From Patescibacteria group bacterium (GTDB lineage Bacteria; Patescibacteriota; Patescibacteriia; UBA2591; UBA4787): DNA of 64,000 nucleotides. Below the pieces are notes generated by a model. That model was not told the origin of the DNA. It worked only from the letters and a program-made list of their open reading frames with translations, and did no database searches. The stretch lies in NCBI GenBank assembly GCA_028715115.1, contig JAQUSN010000002.1, positions 68,944 through 132,943 on the forward strand, written 5' to 3'. Shown here in pieces: positions 8,235 through 18,316 of the stretch (within the stretch, counting starts at the first letter, position 1; each line of letters opens with the position of its first letter). Both the position numbers and the translations under genes were made by a program.

Positions 8235-10086
8235 ACAAAAATTTTTGGATTTTTTCAAAGAAAAGGGCCATGCCATTATACCTTCGGCTTCTTTAATTCC
8301 CGAAAATGACCCGACGGTTTTATTTACCACGGCCGGCATGCATCCACTAGTTCCGTTTTTATTAGGAGAAAAACATCCGGCCGGAAATAAATTGGCCGAT
8401 GTTCAAATCTGTCTTCGAACCGATGACATTGATGAAGTGGGGGATGAAGCCCATCATACGTTTTTTGAAATGTTAGGAAATTGGTCTCTGGGAAGCTATT
8501 GGAAAGACGATGCTATTAAATGGAGTTTTGAATTTTTAACCAGCAAGAAATGGCTAGGGCTTGAGAAAGAAAAAATAGGCATTACTATTTTCGCCGGCGA
8601 TAAAGATGCGCCGCTTGATGAAGAGACTAAAAAAATTTGGCTTTCTCTGGGCATTTCTGAAAATAAAATTAAACCGCTCCCCAAAAAAGATAATTGGTGG
8701 GGGCCGGCCGGGCAAACCGGGCCGTGCGGACCGGACACAGAAATGTTTTATTGGACCGGCGGAGCGCCGGTGCCGGAATTTGATCCTAAGGACAAGCGCT
8801 GGGTGGAAATTTGGAATGATGTATTCATGCAATATTTTAAAAACATGGATGGCGTTTATGAGTCATTAAAGCAAAAAAATGTTGATACTGGCATGGGTCT
8901 TGAACGCACCGTCGCAGTAATTAATGGTTTAGATGATAATTATAAAACAGATTTGTTTTGGCCGATTATAAAAAAGATAGAAGAATTGTCAGGGAAGAAA
9001 TATGAAGACAACAAAAGAATGTTTAGAATTATTGCCGATCATATCAAGGCTGCGACTTTTATCATTGGAGACAAAAACAGCGTTGAACCATCAAATCTCG
9101 GCCGCGGATATGTGGCTAGGCGATTGATTCGACGGGCTATCAGATGTGGCCGTCAATTAGGCATGAACTTTGTCTTTACCTTTAAAATCGCCGAAGAAGT
9201 AATTAAAATTTATCAAGATATCTATCCGGAATTAAGAAAAAACAAGGATTTAATTATTAATCAATTGGTCAAAGAAGAAGAAAAATTTGGGAAAACACTG
9301 GAGAAAGGAATACAAGAAATAAGAAAAATTAAGGATTGGCTTGGTCATAATTTTAAAAATAACTCCTCTTCAGAAGAGAAGATAAATATAGCTAAAGAGT
9401 TAGGCCTAAAATTATTTTTTATCTACCAAAGCTATGGTTTTCCTTTAGAGCTTTCTGTGGAAGAGCTTGACCTATGGGGGCCAAGGACGCCCCTTGGCGA
9501 TAGATTTACTAATGAAAAATATTGGCTTATTGACGAGGGCTCGAACATAGAAGAATATATTCGAATTGCATTTAATGAGGAGTTTAAACAACATCAAGAA
9601 CTCTCTCGGACCGCTTCGGCCGGAATGTTTAAGGGTGGTTTAGCCGATGGCGGGGAGAAATCAGCGCGATATCATACGGCCACGCACTTACTTTTGGCTG
9701 CTTTGCGGCAAGTTTTGGGTGATCATGTTTATCAACGTGGTAGCAATATTAATGCCGAGCGCTTGAGATTTGATTTTTCGCATCCGGAAAAGATGACCGA
9801 AGAACAGCTTAAAAAAATCGAGGAAATCATTAATCAAAAAATAGAAGAAAATATTCCAGTCGTTTGCCAAGAAATGTCCTTAGAAGAAGCGCGAAAGAAA
9901 AATATGATGGGAATTTTTGAAAATAAATACGGCGATAAAGTTAAAACTTATACCATCGCCGAATTTTCGCGGGAAATCTGTGGTGGACCACATGCCAGTT
10001 GCACTGGCGAACTAGGTCATTTTAAGATTATTAAAGAAGAATCTTCTGGCGCCGGTTTAAGACGCATTAAAGCTGTTTTAGAATAA
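8215..10086 (+). CDS. alaS: alanyl-tRNA synthetase, short form lacking the C-Ala domain
   Basis: N-terminus FLDFFKEKGHAIIPSASLIPENDPTVLFTTAGM..HHTFFEMLGNWS. WGPAGQTGPCGPDTE motif. Editing-domain HTATHLL and CGGPH motifs. Ends right after the editing domain. Confidence 0.9.
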   Translation: MGSQQVRQKFLDFFKEKGHAIIPSASLIPENDPTVLFTTAGMHPLVPFLLGEKHPAGNKLADVQICLRTDDIDEVGDEAHHTFFEMLGNWSLGSYWKDDAIKWSFEFLTSKKWLGLEKEKIGITIFAGDKDAPLDEETKKIWLSLGISENKIKPLPKKDNWWGPAGQTGPCGPDTEMFYWTGGAPVPEFDPKDKRWVEIWNDVFMQYFKNMDGVYESLKQKNVDTGMGLERTVAVINGLDDNYKTDLFWPIIKKIEELSGKKYEDNKRMFRIIADHIKAATFIIGDKNSVEPSNLGRGYVARRLIRRAIRCGRQLGMNFVFTFKIAEEVIKIYQDIYPELRKNKDLIINQLVKEEEKFGKTLEKGIQEIRKIKDWLGHNFKNNSSSEEKINIAKELGLKLFFIYQSYGFPLELSVEELDLWGPRTPLGDRFTNEKYWLIDEGSNIEEYIRIAFNEEFKQHQELSRTASAGMFKGGLADGGEKSARYHTATHLLLAALRQVLGDHVYQRGSNINAERLRFDFSHPEKMTEEQLKKIEEIINQKIEENIPVVCQEMSLEEARKKNMMGIFENKYGDKVKTYTIAEFSREICGGPHASCTGELGHFKIIKEESSGAGLRRIKAVLE

Positions 10087-10114
10087 AAATTTAATTAACA
10101 TAAGAAATAAAATT

Positions 10115-10702
10115 ATGGCTATTCCCAAACCACTTTTGACTTATTTGCAAAAGAGTAAAATTAATTTCGAACCGGTCACGCACAAAACAGTGTTCACGGC
10201 TTTTGATTTAGCGCGTACCTTACGTGTTGATTTTAAAGAAGTTGCTAAGACCCTGATTGTTAAAGGTGATAACAATTATTTTATCGTCGTTTTATCGGCC
10301 GCCCAGATGCTCGATTTTGGCGGATTGAAAAAATTATTAAATGCGAAAAAAATAGAAATTGCTCGCGAAAAAGTAATGGAAACGGTTTTTAAGATTCCTA
10401 TGGGCACGATTACGCCCTTCCCCGGATTTTATAAAACCAGCCAACTTTGCCTGGAAAAAGGATTATTAAAAATGAAAAAAATCGTGGTTGGCGGTGGTAG
10501 CTATAATGACGCGATTAAAATTAAACCCGCTGACTTAGTTAAATTAGAAAAGCCGATTGTCGGCACTTTTGGCGTTAAGGCAAAAATAAAATTACCCAAA
10601 CCCAGTAAACCAAAAGCGAAGAAGCCAGCCGCCAAAAAACCGGCCAAGAAAAATAAAAAAGTGGTCTTAAGAAAGAAAGCAGCGAAGAAAAGAAAATCAT
10701 AA
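10115..10702 (+). CDS. YbaK/ProX-like aminoacyl-tRNA deacylase domain protein with lysine-rich (histone-H1-like) C-terminal tail
   Basis: YbaK-like core (KTLIVKGDNNYFIVVLSAAQMLDFGGLKKLL...GTITPFP). Tail KPKAKKPAAKKPAKKNKKVVLRKKAAKKRKS. Confidence 0.6.
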   Translation: MAIPKPLLTYLQKSKINFEPVTHKTVFTAFDLARTLRVDFKEVAKTLIVKGDNNYFIVVLSAAQMLDFGGLKKLLNAKKIEIAREKVMETVFKIPMGTITPFPGFYKTSQLCLEKGLLKMKKIVVGGGSYNDAIKIKPADLVKLEKPIVGTFGVKAKIKLPKPSKPKAKKPAAKKPAKKNKKVVLRKKAAKKRKS

Positions 10703-10731
10703 AAATAAATAATAATTAATTCAATATTTTT

Positions 10732-11517
10732 ATGTTTAGACTTTTTGGCCGTAGCGACAAAGAACTTAAACTAGGTGACTATAAAAATATTTGGACAAAA
10801 TTTTGTTTTCTTGATGAGAGCGGGAGCCTTAATGATACCAATGCGCCATTCTTCAGTGTCGGTCTGATTAAATGTTCCCAACCATATTATTTGAATAGTT
10901 TACTTACCTATAAAAGAAATGAAAAAAATTTCCACGATGAATTGAAATTTAATAAGTTGTCTCGTAAAAATATTAATTTTGCTAAATTAGCTCTAGAATG
11001 TTTTTTAAACACGAAGAGTATTTGGTTTTATTCTTATCTGGTAGATAAAAAAGGGGTTTATTTTCTTCATGAATTTGATTCTAACCCATGGATTGCGTAT
11101 GAAGAGATATCAATTAAGTTAATTGAAGCAGCATTAGCTCCAAGCGAGATATTAATAGTTATTGCTGATCACGTAACTACTCCTCCGAATATTAAATATG
11201 AGGTTGATGTAAAGAAGAAAATTAATGAACAACATCAATGTTTGTCTGTGGCGGGAGTGTGTAGGATTGATTCAAGAGCCAACGACATGCTACAATTAGT
11301 TGATTTAATGATTGGTGCAATAAATTATGATTTAAAATTAAAGTCGAATTTAGTTAGTGGCGATAAGAATAAAATAGAGTTTCTTGAATATTTTAAAACT
11401 ATTTTAGGGATTAAAGATTTTGTATGTGGTTTTAAAAATAAACAGTTTAATATTTTTGTAGATAAAGACGTTAAAAAAAGACCTTTTGGTCAAAATGAAA
11501 AAGAGCCATCGTCCTAA
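10732..11517 (+). CDS. DUF3800-like protein
   Basis: N-terminal FLDESGS motif, the D-E-S-G signature of DUF3800. 261 aa. Weak call. Confidence 0.35.
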   Translation: MFRLFGRSDKELKLGDYKNIWTKFCFLDESGSLNDTNAPFFSVGLIKCSQPYYLNSLLTYKRNEKNFHDELKFNKLSRKNINFAKLALECFLNTKSIWFYSYLVDKKGVYFLHEFDSNPWIAYEEISIKLIEAALAPSEILIVIADHVTTPPNIKYEVDVKKKINEQHQCLSVAGVCRIDSRANDMLQLVDLMIGAINYDLKLKSNLVSGDKNKIEFLEYFKTILGIKDFVCGFKNKQFNIFVDKDVKKRPFGQNEKEPSS

Positions 11518-11601
11518 CGGTCGACGCCCTTTTTCGATATAAAGATATTATAATATATATATATTAAAAGTCAATTAATTTTTCTGTGGATAACTTAGTT
11601 T

Positions 11602-12309
11602 ATGGCTTATCAAGTTTCTTTAGACAAATTTTCCGGTCCGTTAGATTTGTTGTTACAACTAATCGAGAAAAACGAATTAGACATTATTGAATTATCGTTA
11701 GTTAATATTACTGATGAATTCGTTAAATACGTGGAAACGCTGGAAGAAATAAGACCTGAAGAGTTGGCTGATTTTTTAGTGATGTCGGCGCGGTTGCTTT
11801 TTTTAAAGTCTAACTTGCTTATGCCGGGACTATTGGACAAGGAAGAAGAGCCGGATAATTTAGTCAGTCAGTTAAAAATTTATCGCGAGTATTTCTTAGC
11901 CTCTAAAACAATTCAAAAAATATTAAATAAGAAAAATGTCGCCTTTAATCGCGATAAATTCCCGAGTGGCTTAGTTCAGCAAAGCTTTAGGCTAAAAACT
12001 AAAATTATGCCGGAGACATTAAAAAATTATTGCGAAAATGTTTTACAAGTCGTAGTTTCGCAAATTAAGTTAGCGCAAAAAACCTTGCGTAAAGTCATTT
12101 CTTTAAAAGAAAGAGTCGGTCAAATCATTAAATTATTATCCAGCCAAGCGGAATTAAAAGTCGGTTCGCTGTTTTCGAATAGGGCCGAAGCAGTGGTCAC
12201 GTTTTTGGCAATTTTAGAATTAATTAAAGAGCGCCACGCGGACGCCGATCAGCCAGGATTATTCGAAGAAATAACCGTTACTCGTTGCGATTTAAATTTA
12301 AATAATTAA
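11602..12309 (+). CDS. scpA: segregation and condensation protein A
   Basis: YQVSLDKFSGPLDLLLQLIEKNELDIIELSLVNITDEF N-terminus. Adjacent to scpB. Confidence 0.85.
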   Translation: MAYQVSLDKFSGPLDLLLQLIEKNELDIIELSLVNITDEFVKYVETLEEIRPEELADFLVMSARLLFLKSNLLMPGLLDKEEEPDNLVSQLKIYREYFLASKTIQKILNKKNVAFNRDKFPSGLVQQSFRLKTKIMPETLKNYCENVLQVVVSQIKLAQKTLRKVISLKERVGQIIKLLSSQAELKVGSLFSNRAEAVVTFLAILELIKERHADADQPGLFEEITVTRCDLNLNN

Positions 12310-12315
12310 ATTATT

Positions 12316-12891
12316 ATGCTCAAATCTGCTATCGAAAATTTACTCTACATTGCGACGCGGCCGTTATCTTTTAAAGAAATTGCCAAAATTGTCGATCAAA
12401 AGCTTGGTGACGTTGAAGTGGCAATTAAAGAATTAATAGATGAATATAATTTAAAAGACGGCGGAATTAAAATTGCCCAAAATGGCAATCAGGTGCAGAT
12501 GATTACCAATCCCAAACACACGGAAATGATACAAAAATTTTTAGGCGAAGAGGTGAGCGGCGAGTTAACGCCGGCTTCTATCGAGACCTTATCGATTGTC
12601 GCTTACCGCCAGCCGATTAGTCGCGAAGATCTAGAGCAAATTCGCGGCGTGAATTGTGCGATTATTTTACGCAATTTATTGATTCGCGGATTGGTAGAAG
12701 AAAACAAAGAAGCGGGAAAAGTTTTATATCGCTTAAGTTTGGATTTTATGAAACATTTAGGTGTGGCCGACGTAAAAGAATTGCCGGACTTTGAGCGATT
12801 AAACTCGATCAATATCGTGTCTACGTTGGAACCAATACAAAACGAGGTCAATATTGCGCCAGCTGTTGATGAATTTAATGGTTTAAAGTGA
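12316..12891 (+). CDS. scpB: segregation and condensation protein B
   Basis: Tandem winged-helix pattern (LSFKEIAKIV..; ASIETLSIVAYRQPISREDLEQIRGV). Directly follows scpA. Confidence 0.85.
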   Translation: MLKSAIENLLYIATRPLSFKEIAKIVDQKLGDVEVAIKELIDEYNLKDGGIKIAQNGNQVQMITNPKHTEMIQKFLGEEVSGELTPASIETLSIVAYRQPISREDLEQIRGVNCAIILRNLLIRGLVEENKEAGKVLYRLSLDFMKHLGVADVKELPDFERLNSINIVSTLEPIQNEVNIAPAVDEFNGLK

Positions 12892-12897
12892 TTTATT

Positions 12898-13743
12898 ATG
12901 AAGAAATTTAATATTAACGCTTTTATGCCCCTGATTAAAGTTTGGGGTCAATATAAATCGCCCTGGGTTCCAGAAGGCGAGGAATTAAAAATTTTTGAAA
13001 AGTTTTTACGAAAAGCCCTCAAACAGCATCGAGATAAGCGCGTTTTAATTTTAGGGTCTACTCCTCAATTAAGAGATTTGGCCCATAAACTTGGAGCCGA
13101 AGTAACCGTAGTTGACGTATCGCTCGAGATGATGATCGGGCTTTCATATTTAATGAAATATAAAAAATTAGCAAATCAAGAAATATGGGTAAGACAAAAC
13201 TGGCTTCAAGCGCCGCTAGAAAAGGGTTACTGGTCCATTGTTTTAGGAGACTGGGTTATTTGCAATATATCAAAGAAATTACAATCAACTTTTTCAGCTA
13301 AAATTAGCAGTTTGTTGACCTCAAAGGGATGTTTTATAACTAAAGCTTATTTTGTTTGGGACAAAAAAGTGACCGCCGATGAAGTAATTCAACGTTTTTT
13401 ATCTAAGAACAACCCGTCTTTTCGAAATTATCAAGATTATTTTACAGAATTATTTTATACTCAGGCTAATCCAAAAACCTGGAATCATTCGGTTAATGAT
13501 TTAAGGAGTGTATTAAGGCGTTTCGCTAAAAAATCTTCTAGTTTAAAAATTAAGGCGAAAATTTCTAAGCATTTAAAAATGTTAGATTATCTACTGGGCA
13601 GTGGCGATTTTGTCTGGGCCTGTCCCACAGAAAAAGCCGGAGAAAAAGTGTTCACCAAAAATTTTATTATAAAAAATAAACAATATTCCCGCGAACATCC
13701 ATTTGGCAAGTATAACCCGATTTATCTATTCCAAAAGAAATAA
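12898..13743 (+). CDS. hypothetical protein, possible Rossmann-fold methyltransferase-like
   Basis: RVLILGSTPQLRDLAHKLGAEVTVVDVS resembles a SAM-binding motif I. Otherwise unassigned. Confidence 0.25.
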   Translation: MKKFNINAFMPLIKVWGQYKSPWVPEGEELKIFEKFLRKALKQHRDKRVLILGSTPQLRDLAHKLGAEVTVVDVSLEMMIGLSYLMKYKKLANQEIWVRQNWLQAPLEKGYWSIVLGDWVICNISKKLQSTFSAKISSLLTSKGCFITKAYFVWDKKVTADEVIQRFLSKNNPSFRNYQDYFTELFYTQANPKTWNHSVNDLRSVLRRFAKKSSSLKIKAKISKHLKMLDYLLGSGDFVWACPTEKAGEKVFTKNFIIKNKQYSREHPFGKYNPIYLFQKK

Positions 13744-13745
13744 TT

Positions 13746-14411
13746 ATGCTATACATTATTGCCACGCCGATAGGAAATTTAAAAGACATTACTCTTCGCG
13801 CTTTAGAAGTTTTTAAAGAAGTTGACTATATTTTATGCGAAGACACTAGAGTGACACAAAAATTATTAGCTCATTATCAAATTAGTAAACCATTGATTTC
13901 ATATCATCAGCATTCACGATTGGCAAAAATAGATTATATTGTAAAATTATTAAAAGAAGGCAAGAATTTAGCCCTGGTTTCTGATGCCGGCACGCCGGGC
14001 ATTTCTGATCCGGGCAATCAACTTATCCAATTACTAATTACCAATTACAAATTACCAATTACCGTTATTCCTATTCCCGGACCGAGCGCGGCCATTGCCG
14101 CTTTGTCTATCTCTGGATTCTCGACTGACCGATTTATGTTTTTAGGTTTTCCGCCACACAAAAAGGGGAGGCAAAAATTTCTTAAAGAGGTTGGCGTTGC
14201 CAAAGAAACGGTGGTTTTTTACGAATCAACTCATCGGATTGAAAAACTTTTAAATGAATTAATGACAATGGACGATAAATTGAATATGGTTGTAGCTCGA
14301 GAGTTGACTAAAAAATTCGAAACTATTTATCGCGGCACGCCGAGCGAAATTTTAGAACAAATAAAAAACGACGACAAAAGAGGAGAGTTTGTGGTCGTTA
14401 TTGGTAAATAA
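13746..14411 (+). CDS. rsmI: 16S rRNA (cytidine1402-2'-O)-methyltransferase
   Basis: MLYIIATPIGNLKDITLRALEVFKEVDYILCEDTR, the tetrapyrrole-methylase-family RsmI N-terminus. Confidence 0.85.
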   Translation: MLYIIATPIGNLKDITLRALEVFKEVDYILCEDTRVTQKLLAHYQISKPLISYHQHSRLAKIDYIVKLLKEGKNLALVSDAGTPGISDPGNQLIQLLITNYKLPITVIPIPGPSAAIAALSISGFSTDRFMFLGFPPHKKGRQKFLKEVGVAKETVVFYESTHRIEKLLNELMTMDDKLNMVVARELTKKFETIYRGTPSEILEQIKNDDKRGEFVVVIGK

Positions 14412-14428
14412 ATTTTAATTTAAGACCA

Positions 14429-14860
14429 TTGTCTATGCCGATGAATCTTCCTTTAGAGATACAAAAAATCGTAGAGAACTTAGAATCAGTAAATGATAAG
14501 GAAGAATATTTAAAGAGAGTATATGCTATTTTAATAGATAAGTATCATGGTTCTCGTTTAAAATTTATAACACGCCTTTGGGAGTTATTTGATTCTAATA
14601 TAGATGGGTTGTGGAGAAAAAATGGTTTTATTTATTGCACGCAAACAAACCGTCTTCTTAAGGTTATTCTTGTTGCTAGTAAATTTTTTAATAAAGAGGA
14701 CATTAGGTTTAGATGGACGCTGACCTGGTATATTGTCCCGCATCAATATGCGGTGGTTAAAATTAATGATAATAAATATATAAATGTTGATATCTGGGCA
14801 AATATTTTTGGCATTGAATTCGGCGATTTTGCCCATGGTTTTCATCAATCTAGTAAATAA
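14429..14860 (+). CDS. hypothetical protein
   Basis: 143-aa ORF with an operon-like position. No recognisable motif. Confidence 0.3.
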   Translation: MSMPMNLPLEIQKIVENLESVNDKEEYLKRVYAILIDKYHGSRLKFITRLWELFDSNIDGLWRKNGFIYCTQTNRLLKVILVASKFFNKEDIRFRWTLTWYIVPHQYAVVKINDNKYINVDIWANIFGIEFGDFAHGFHQSSK

Positions 14861-14862
14861 TC

Positions 14863-16380
14863 ATGAACAAAAAATTTTACATTACTACTCCGATTTATTA
14901 CGCTAATGCTGATCCGCATATCGGCGGCGCTTATACTACCGTAGCGGCCGACGTTTTGGCGCGTTATCACCGCTCAAAAGGCGAAGAGGTTTTCTTTTTA
15001 ACTGGTACCGACGAACATGGAGCTAAAATTGCTGAAGCCGCGGCTAAAGAAAAAAAATCGCCCAAGGAGTTTAGTGACCAAATCGCCGCCAAATACCAAT
15101 TATTATGGGATGAGTTACAAATTTCTCATGATAATTTTATTCGCACCACCGATCCGCATCACGAAAAAGTCGTCGCCAGCATTGTTCAAGCGCTCCATGA
15201 CAAAGGATTCATCATCAAAGGAGCTTATTCTGGACTTTATTGTGTTGGTTGCGAACAATATTATACCGAAAAAGAATTGGTTGACGGCAAATGTCCGCTT
15301 CATCTTAAGGAACCAATTCAACTTTCTGAAGATTGTTATTTTTTCAAATTATCAGCCTTTCAAGAACCTCTACTGAAATTAATCGATAGCGGTGAATGGG
15401 TTATTGAACCGAAAGAACGGCGAAATGAAGTTATGGGATTTTTAAAAAGTGAAAAATTACAGGACCTTGCTGTTTCGCGCGCTAAAGCCAAAATGAACTG
15501 GGGCATTACCTTGCCCTGGGACGAGAGCCAAGTGCTTTATGTTTGGGTTGATGCGCTGCTTAATTATCTGACCGGTTTAAAATGGGATGGCAGTTTTAAA
15601 AGAATATCCAGATTTTGGCCGCCAGACGTGCAATTGATGGGCAAAGATATTCTAAGATTTCATGCCGTGATTTGGCCAGCTGTGCTTTTGGCGCTTGAGA
15701 TTGCTCTGCCCAAAAAATTATTCATCCACGGATATTTTACCATTAACGGTCAAAAGATGAGTAAGTCTTTGGGCAACGTCATCGATCCTTATCAATTGAC
15801 TAAAACTTTCGGATTTGATGCGGCCAGATATTTATTACTAAGTTTATTTCCTTTTGGCGCCGATGGCGACATTTCCATGGAAAAATTTTACGATAAATAT
15901 AATTCTAATTTATCGAGCGGTTTGGGTAATCTGGTTTCGCGAGTCATTACTTTAACAAAAAAATATCAAGGCCAATATCAATTTACCGAAAATAAGCAAT
16001 TTTCCGAAAAAATTGAGCAAGTTTGGCAAAAATATGATGAGGCTTTGAATAATTTAGCCTTTGAAGCGGCCATTAACCAGATTCATGATTTTGCTTCATT
16101 TTGCGATAAATACGTGGAAAGCCAAAAGCCCTGGGAACTTGCCAAAACCGATATTGACAAATTCAAAAAAACCATGTACAATCTAATAGAAGGACTGAGA
16201 CAGTTATCTTGGCTGGTAAAACCATTTATGCCTGAAATTAGCCAGAAAATAACCGAGGCGCTTAATTTAAAATTTGAAAATCAAGAAGACCTGGAAGCTG
16301 TTAAAGATTGGGGGCAGGTCAGAGTTTATCGGGTTGGTAATATAAAACCATTATTTCCGCGCTTAGAAAAGGTTAGTTAG
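14863..16380 (+). CDS. metG: methionyl-tRNA synthetase
   Basis: PIYYANADPHIGGAYTTVAADVLARY (HIGH motif). KMSKSLGN. Anticodon-binding helical C-terminus. Confidence 0.9.
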   Translation: MNKKFYITTPIYYANADPHIGGAYTTVAADVLARYHRSKGEEVFFLTGTDEHGAKIAEAAAKEKKSPKEFSDQIAAKYQLLWDELQISHDNFIRTTDPHHEKVVASIVQALHDKGFIIKGAYSGLYCVGCEQYYTEKELVDGKCPLHLKEPIQLSEDCYFFKLSAFQEPLLKLIDSGEWVIEPKERRNEVMGFLKSEKLQDLAVSRAKAKMNWGITLPWDESQVLYVWVDALLNYLTGLKWDGSFKRISRFWPPDVQLMGKDILRFHAVIWPAVLLALEIALPKKLFIHGYFTINGQKMSKSLGNVIDPYQLTKTFGFDAARYLLLSLFPFGADGDISMEKFYDKYNSNLSSGLGNLVSRVITLTKKYQGQYQFTENKQFSEKIEQVWQKYDEALNNLAFEAAINQIHDFASFCDKYVESQKPWELAKTDIDKFKKTMYNLIEGLRQLSWLVKPFMPEISQKITEALNLKFENQEDLEAVKDWGQVRVYRVGNIKPLFPRLEKVS

Positions 16381-16408
16381 CATAAATAATTAACTAAATT
16401 ATTATTTT

Positions 16409-18307
16409 ATGTCTGAACAAACACAACGACCAGAGGAAGAAAATCAGGCAACCGAATCGGCTAATGAAATACCGCAATTTAATATCGAAGCCACAATTGA
16501 CAGAGAGCCTGCCTTTGCGGATTTTTTAGCTAAATTCGAAGACAGCGAAGAATTAATCGAGCAAGGCGACAGTGAAAGGCTTGAACGCAGATATAAATTA
16601 TTTAAATCAAAAAAAGAAACAATTAGCGGAATTGCTTCTATGTTAAGCAAAGAAGTTTCCGCTGATTTAGGTTTAAGTTTAAGAGACAGAGATGTGGCTG
16701 CTTCTATAGAAAAAACATTTGATGAACTGCTTAGTCAGGGGCCAGAAGGATTGGAACGGGCCGAACAAATTGTTGTACAATATACGGAATATTGTCGTTT
16801 GCAATCAGATATTACCAGAGGAGAGCAAGCTTTAAGACAATTAGGTGGTGAAGAAAGAGCCGATCAAATAGTTGATCAAAAGGCTGAAATGGAGAAAAAA
16901 TTAAAAAAGAAAGAAGCCGGCCTGGATAAAGGATTTTTGTTTTTTGCTCCTTCGGCCAAAGAAAAAGCAAAGCGGCAGGTCGTTATAGATGAGTTAAGAA
17001 AGAAAATAGATGCAGCCGGAAGCATCGAAGCTTTGCGGGTTGCTAAGGCTGACATTGCGTCGGGCCTAGAGACTTTTAAAAGAACCATCATTGAAGACGT
17101 ACCTACTATTGGCCAAGGTATAGTGGAGATGGTCAGACAAAGAGTAGCCACAGAATTAGAAATTAGGCCGGACGACGAAACAACCGCTACTACCGCACTA
17201 GAAAAACAACAAAAATTTTTAGATAGAATCCGCACAATTAGAGATTCTTCCGATGCGCGTTTTACTCTAGTTAGTCAAATGCTTGGTCAGGAACAGGTTA
17301 AAATTGATAACATTTTCGGTATTGAGCGGCAGATAAGAGACAAACAACATGAAATAGACCTAAACAGGGAATCTTTGGAAGCATGGCAGAGATATTTGGA
17401 TGGGAAAAGAGAAGATCGCTCTAGGAAAGAAGATGATAAGAAATCGCTTGAAGCATCTTTGGCCACTCACAGGGAAGAACTTTCACAAATTGATGATCAG
17501 GAAAATGTGTGCATACAGAAGGAAAATAAATTAATAGCCGATGCTACTGATTTAAAAAAATTTATTGAGGTTCTCGAATTATTCCAAAGTAACAATGCGG
17601 AGCAGGCTGTTTCTTTATATGAAAGATTGAGCAAAGAACCAGGGGAATACTCTCTGTTGCGCGATATTCGCTTGGGAGCTAATAAAGATGAGTTAGTTTT
17701 GCATGGCGGAGCCGTTCTTACGAAAAACGATGTTGGGAATGTTATTGAAAGAAGCAAACAAAACTTAGAAAGTGTATTAGTAGGGCAACGGGAAAATACC
17801 GAAGCGCACACAAAACTTCTTGAAAAAAGAGAACAATTAAACAAGGTCATCGGCGAAGAAAGCGGACAAATCGACCTTCTTAATGGTGAAATTGAGATTA
17901 TTAACCAAGATATTGACGCAAGAGCTGAGCTACCAAGAAAAATAGGAGAAGAAATAGCAAAAAGTGAACGCGAATTAGAAGATTTAAAAATAGTTCGCCA
18001 AGAGACAATTAGCAGGGAGAAGCCGATTAATATAGATGATATCGAAACCAGATTAAATCGACAAATAGAAGATGCTGTAAAAAGAGAGATAGAGAAAGCC
18101 GTGATTGCAACCGTAAAGCTAAATACGCCAACATCATTAGAGAAAGCGTTATTTAAAATAATTAATCGATCAAAGGTTGGTTCGCTAGATACTGATCAGG
18201 CCAAAGAAATGCTGGGCGATGCTTTGAGGGCTTTATTAAAGGGCAATAAGGTCGAGAAATCTAAAAGAATTTTATTGACGATAATTATTAAAAAACATTT
18301 CTCTTAA
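16409..18307 (+). CDS. hypothetical acidic coiled-coil protein
   Basis: 632 aa, rich in E/K/R/Q/L heptad-like segments, no TM. Function not assignable from sequence. Confidence 0.4.
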   Translation: MSEQTQRPEEENQATESANEIPQFNIEATIDREPAFADFLAKFEDSEELIEQGDSERLERRYKLFKSKKETISGIASMLSKEVSADLGLSLRDRDVAASIEKTFDELLSQGPEGLERAEQIVVQYTEYCRLQSDITRGEQALRQLGGEERADQIVDQKAEMEKKLKKKEAGLDKGFLFFAPSAKEKAKRQVVIDELRKKIDAAGSIEALRVAKADIASGLETFKRTIIEDVPTIGQGIVEMVRQRVATELEIRPDDETTATTALEKQQKFLDRIRTIRDSSDARFTLVSQMLGQEQVKIDNIFGIERQIRDKQHEIDLNRESLEAWQRYLDGKREDRSRKEDDKKSLEASLATHREELSQIDDQENVCIQKENKLIADATDLKKFIEVLELFQSNNAEQAVSLYERLSKEPGEYSLLRDIRLGANKDELVLHGGAVLTKNDVGNVIERSKQNLESVLVGQRENTEAHTKLLEKREQLNKVIGEESGQIDLLNGEIEIINQDIDARAELPRKIGEEIAKSERELEDLKIVRQETISREKPINIDDIETRLNRQIEDAVKREIEKAVIATVKLNTPTSLEKALFKIINRSKVGSLDTDQAKEMLGDALRALLKGNKVEKSKRILLTIIIKKHFS

Positions 18308-18316
18308 TAAAATTTT

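Noticed and set aside
8496-8869. Three overlapping ORFs (two antisense, one alternative-frame sense) inside alaS
   Set aside because: They are produced by a local GC-rich patch (GGGGCCGGCCGGGCAAACCGGGCCGTGCGGACCGG). That patch encodes the conserved AlaRS WGPAGQTGPCGP motif on the + strand. They have no independent signals.
15017-15376. 119-aa alternative-frame ORF within metG
   Set aside because: It overlaps the conserved MetRS catalytic region in another frame. It is spurious.
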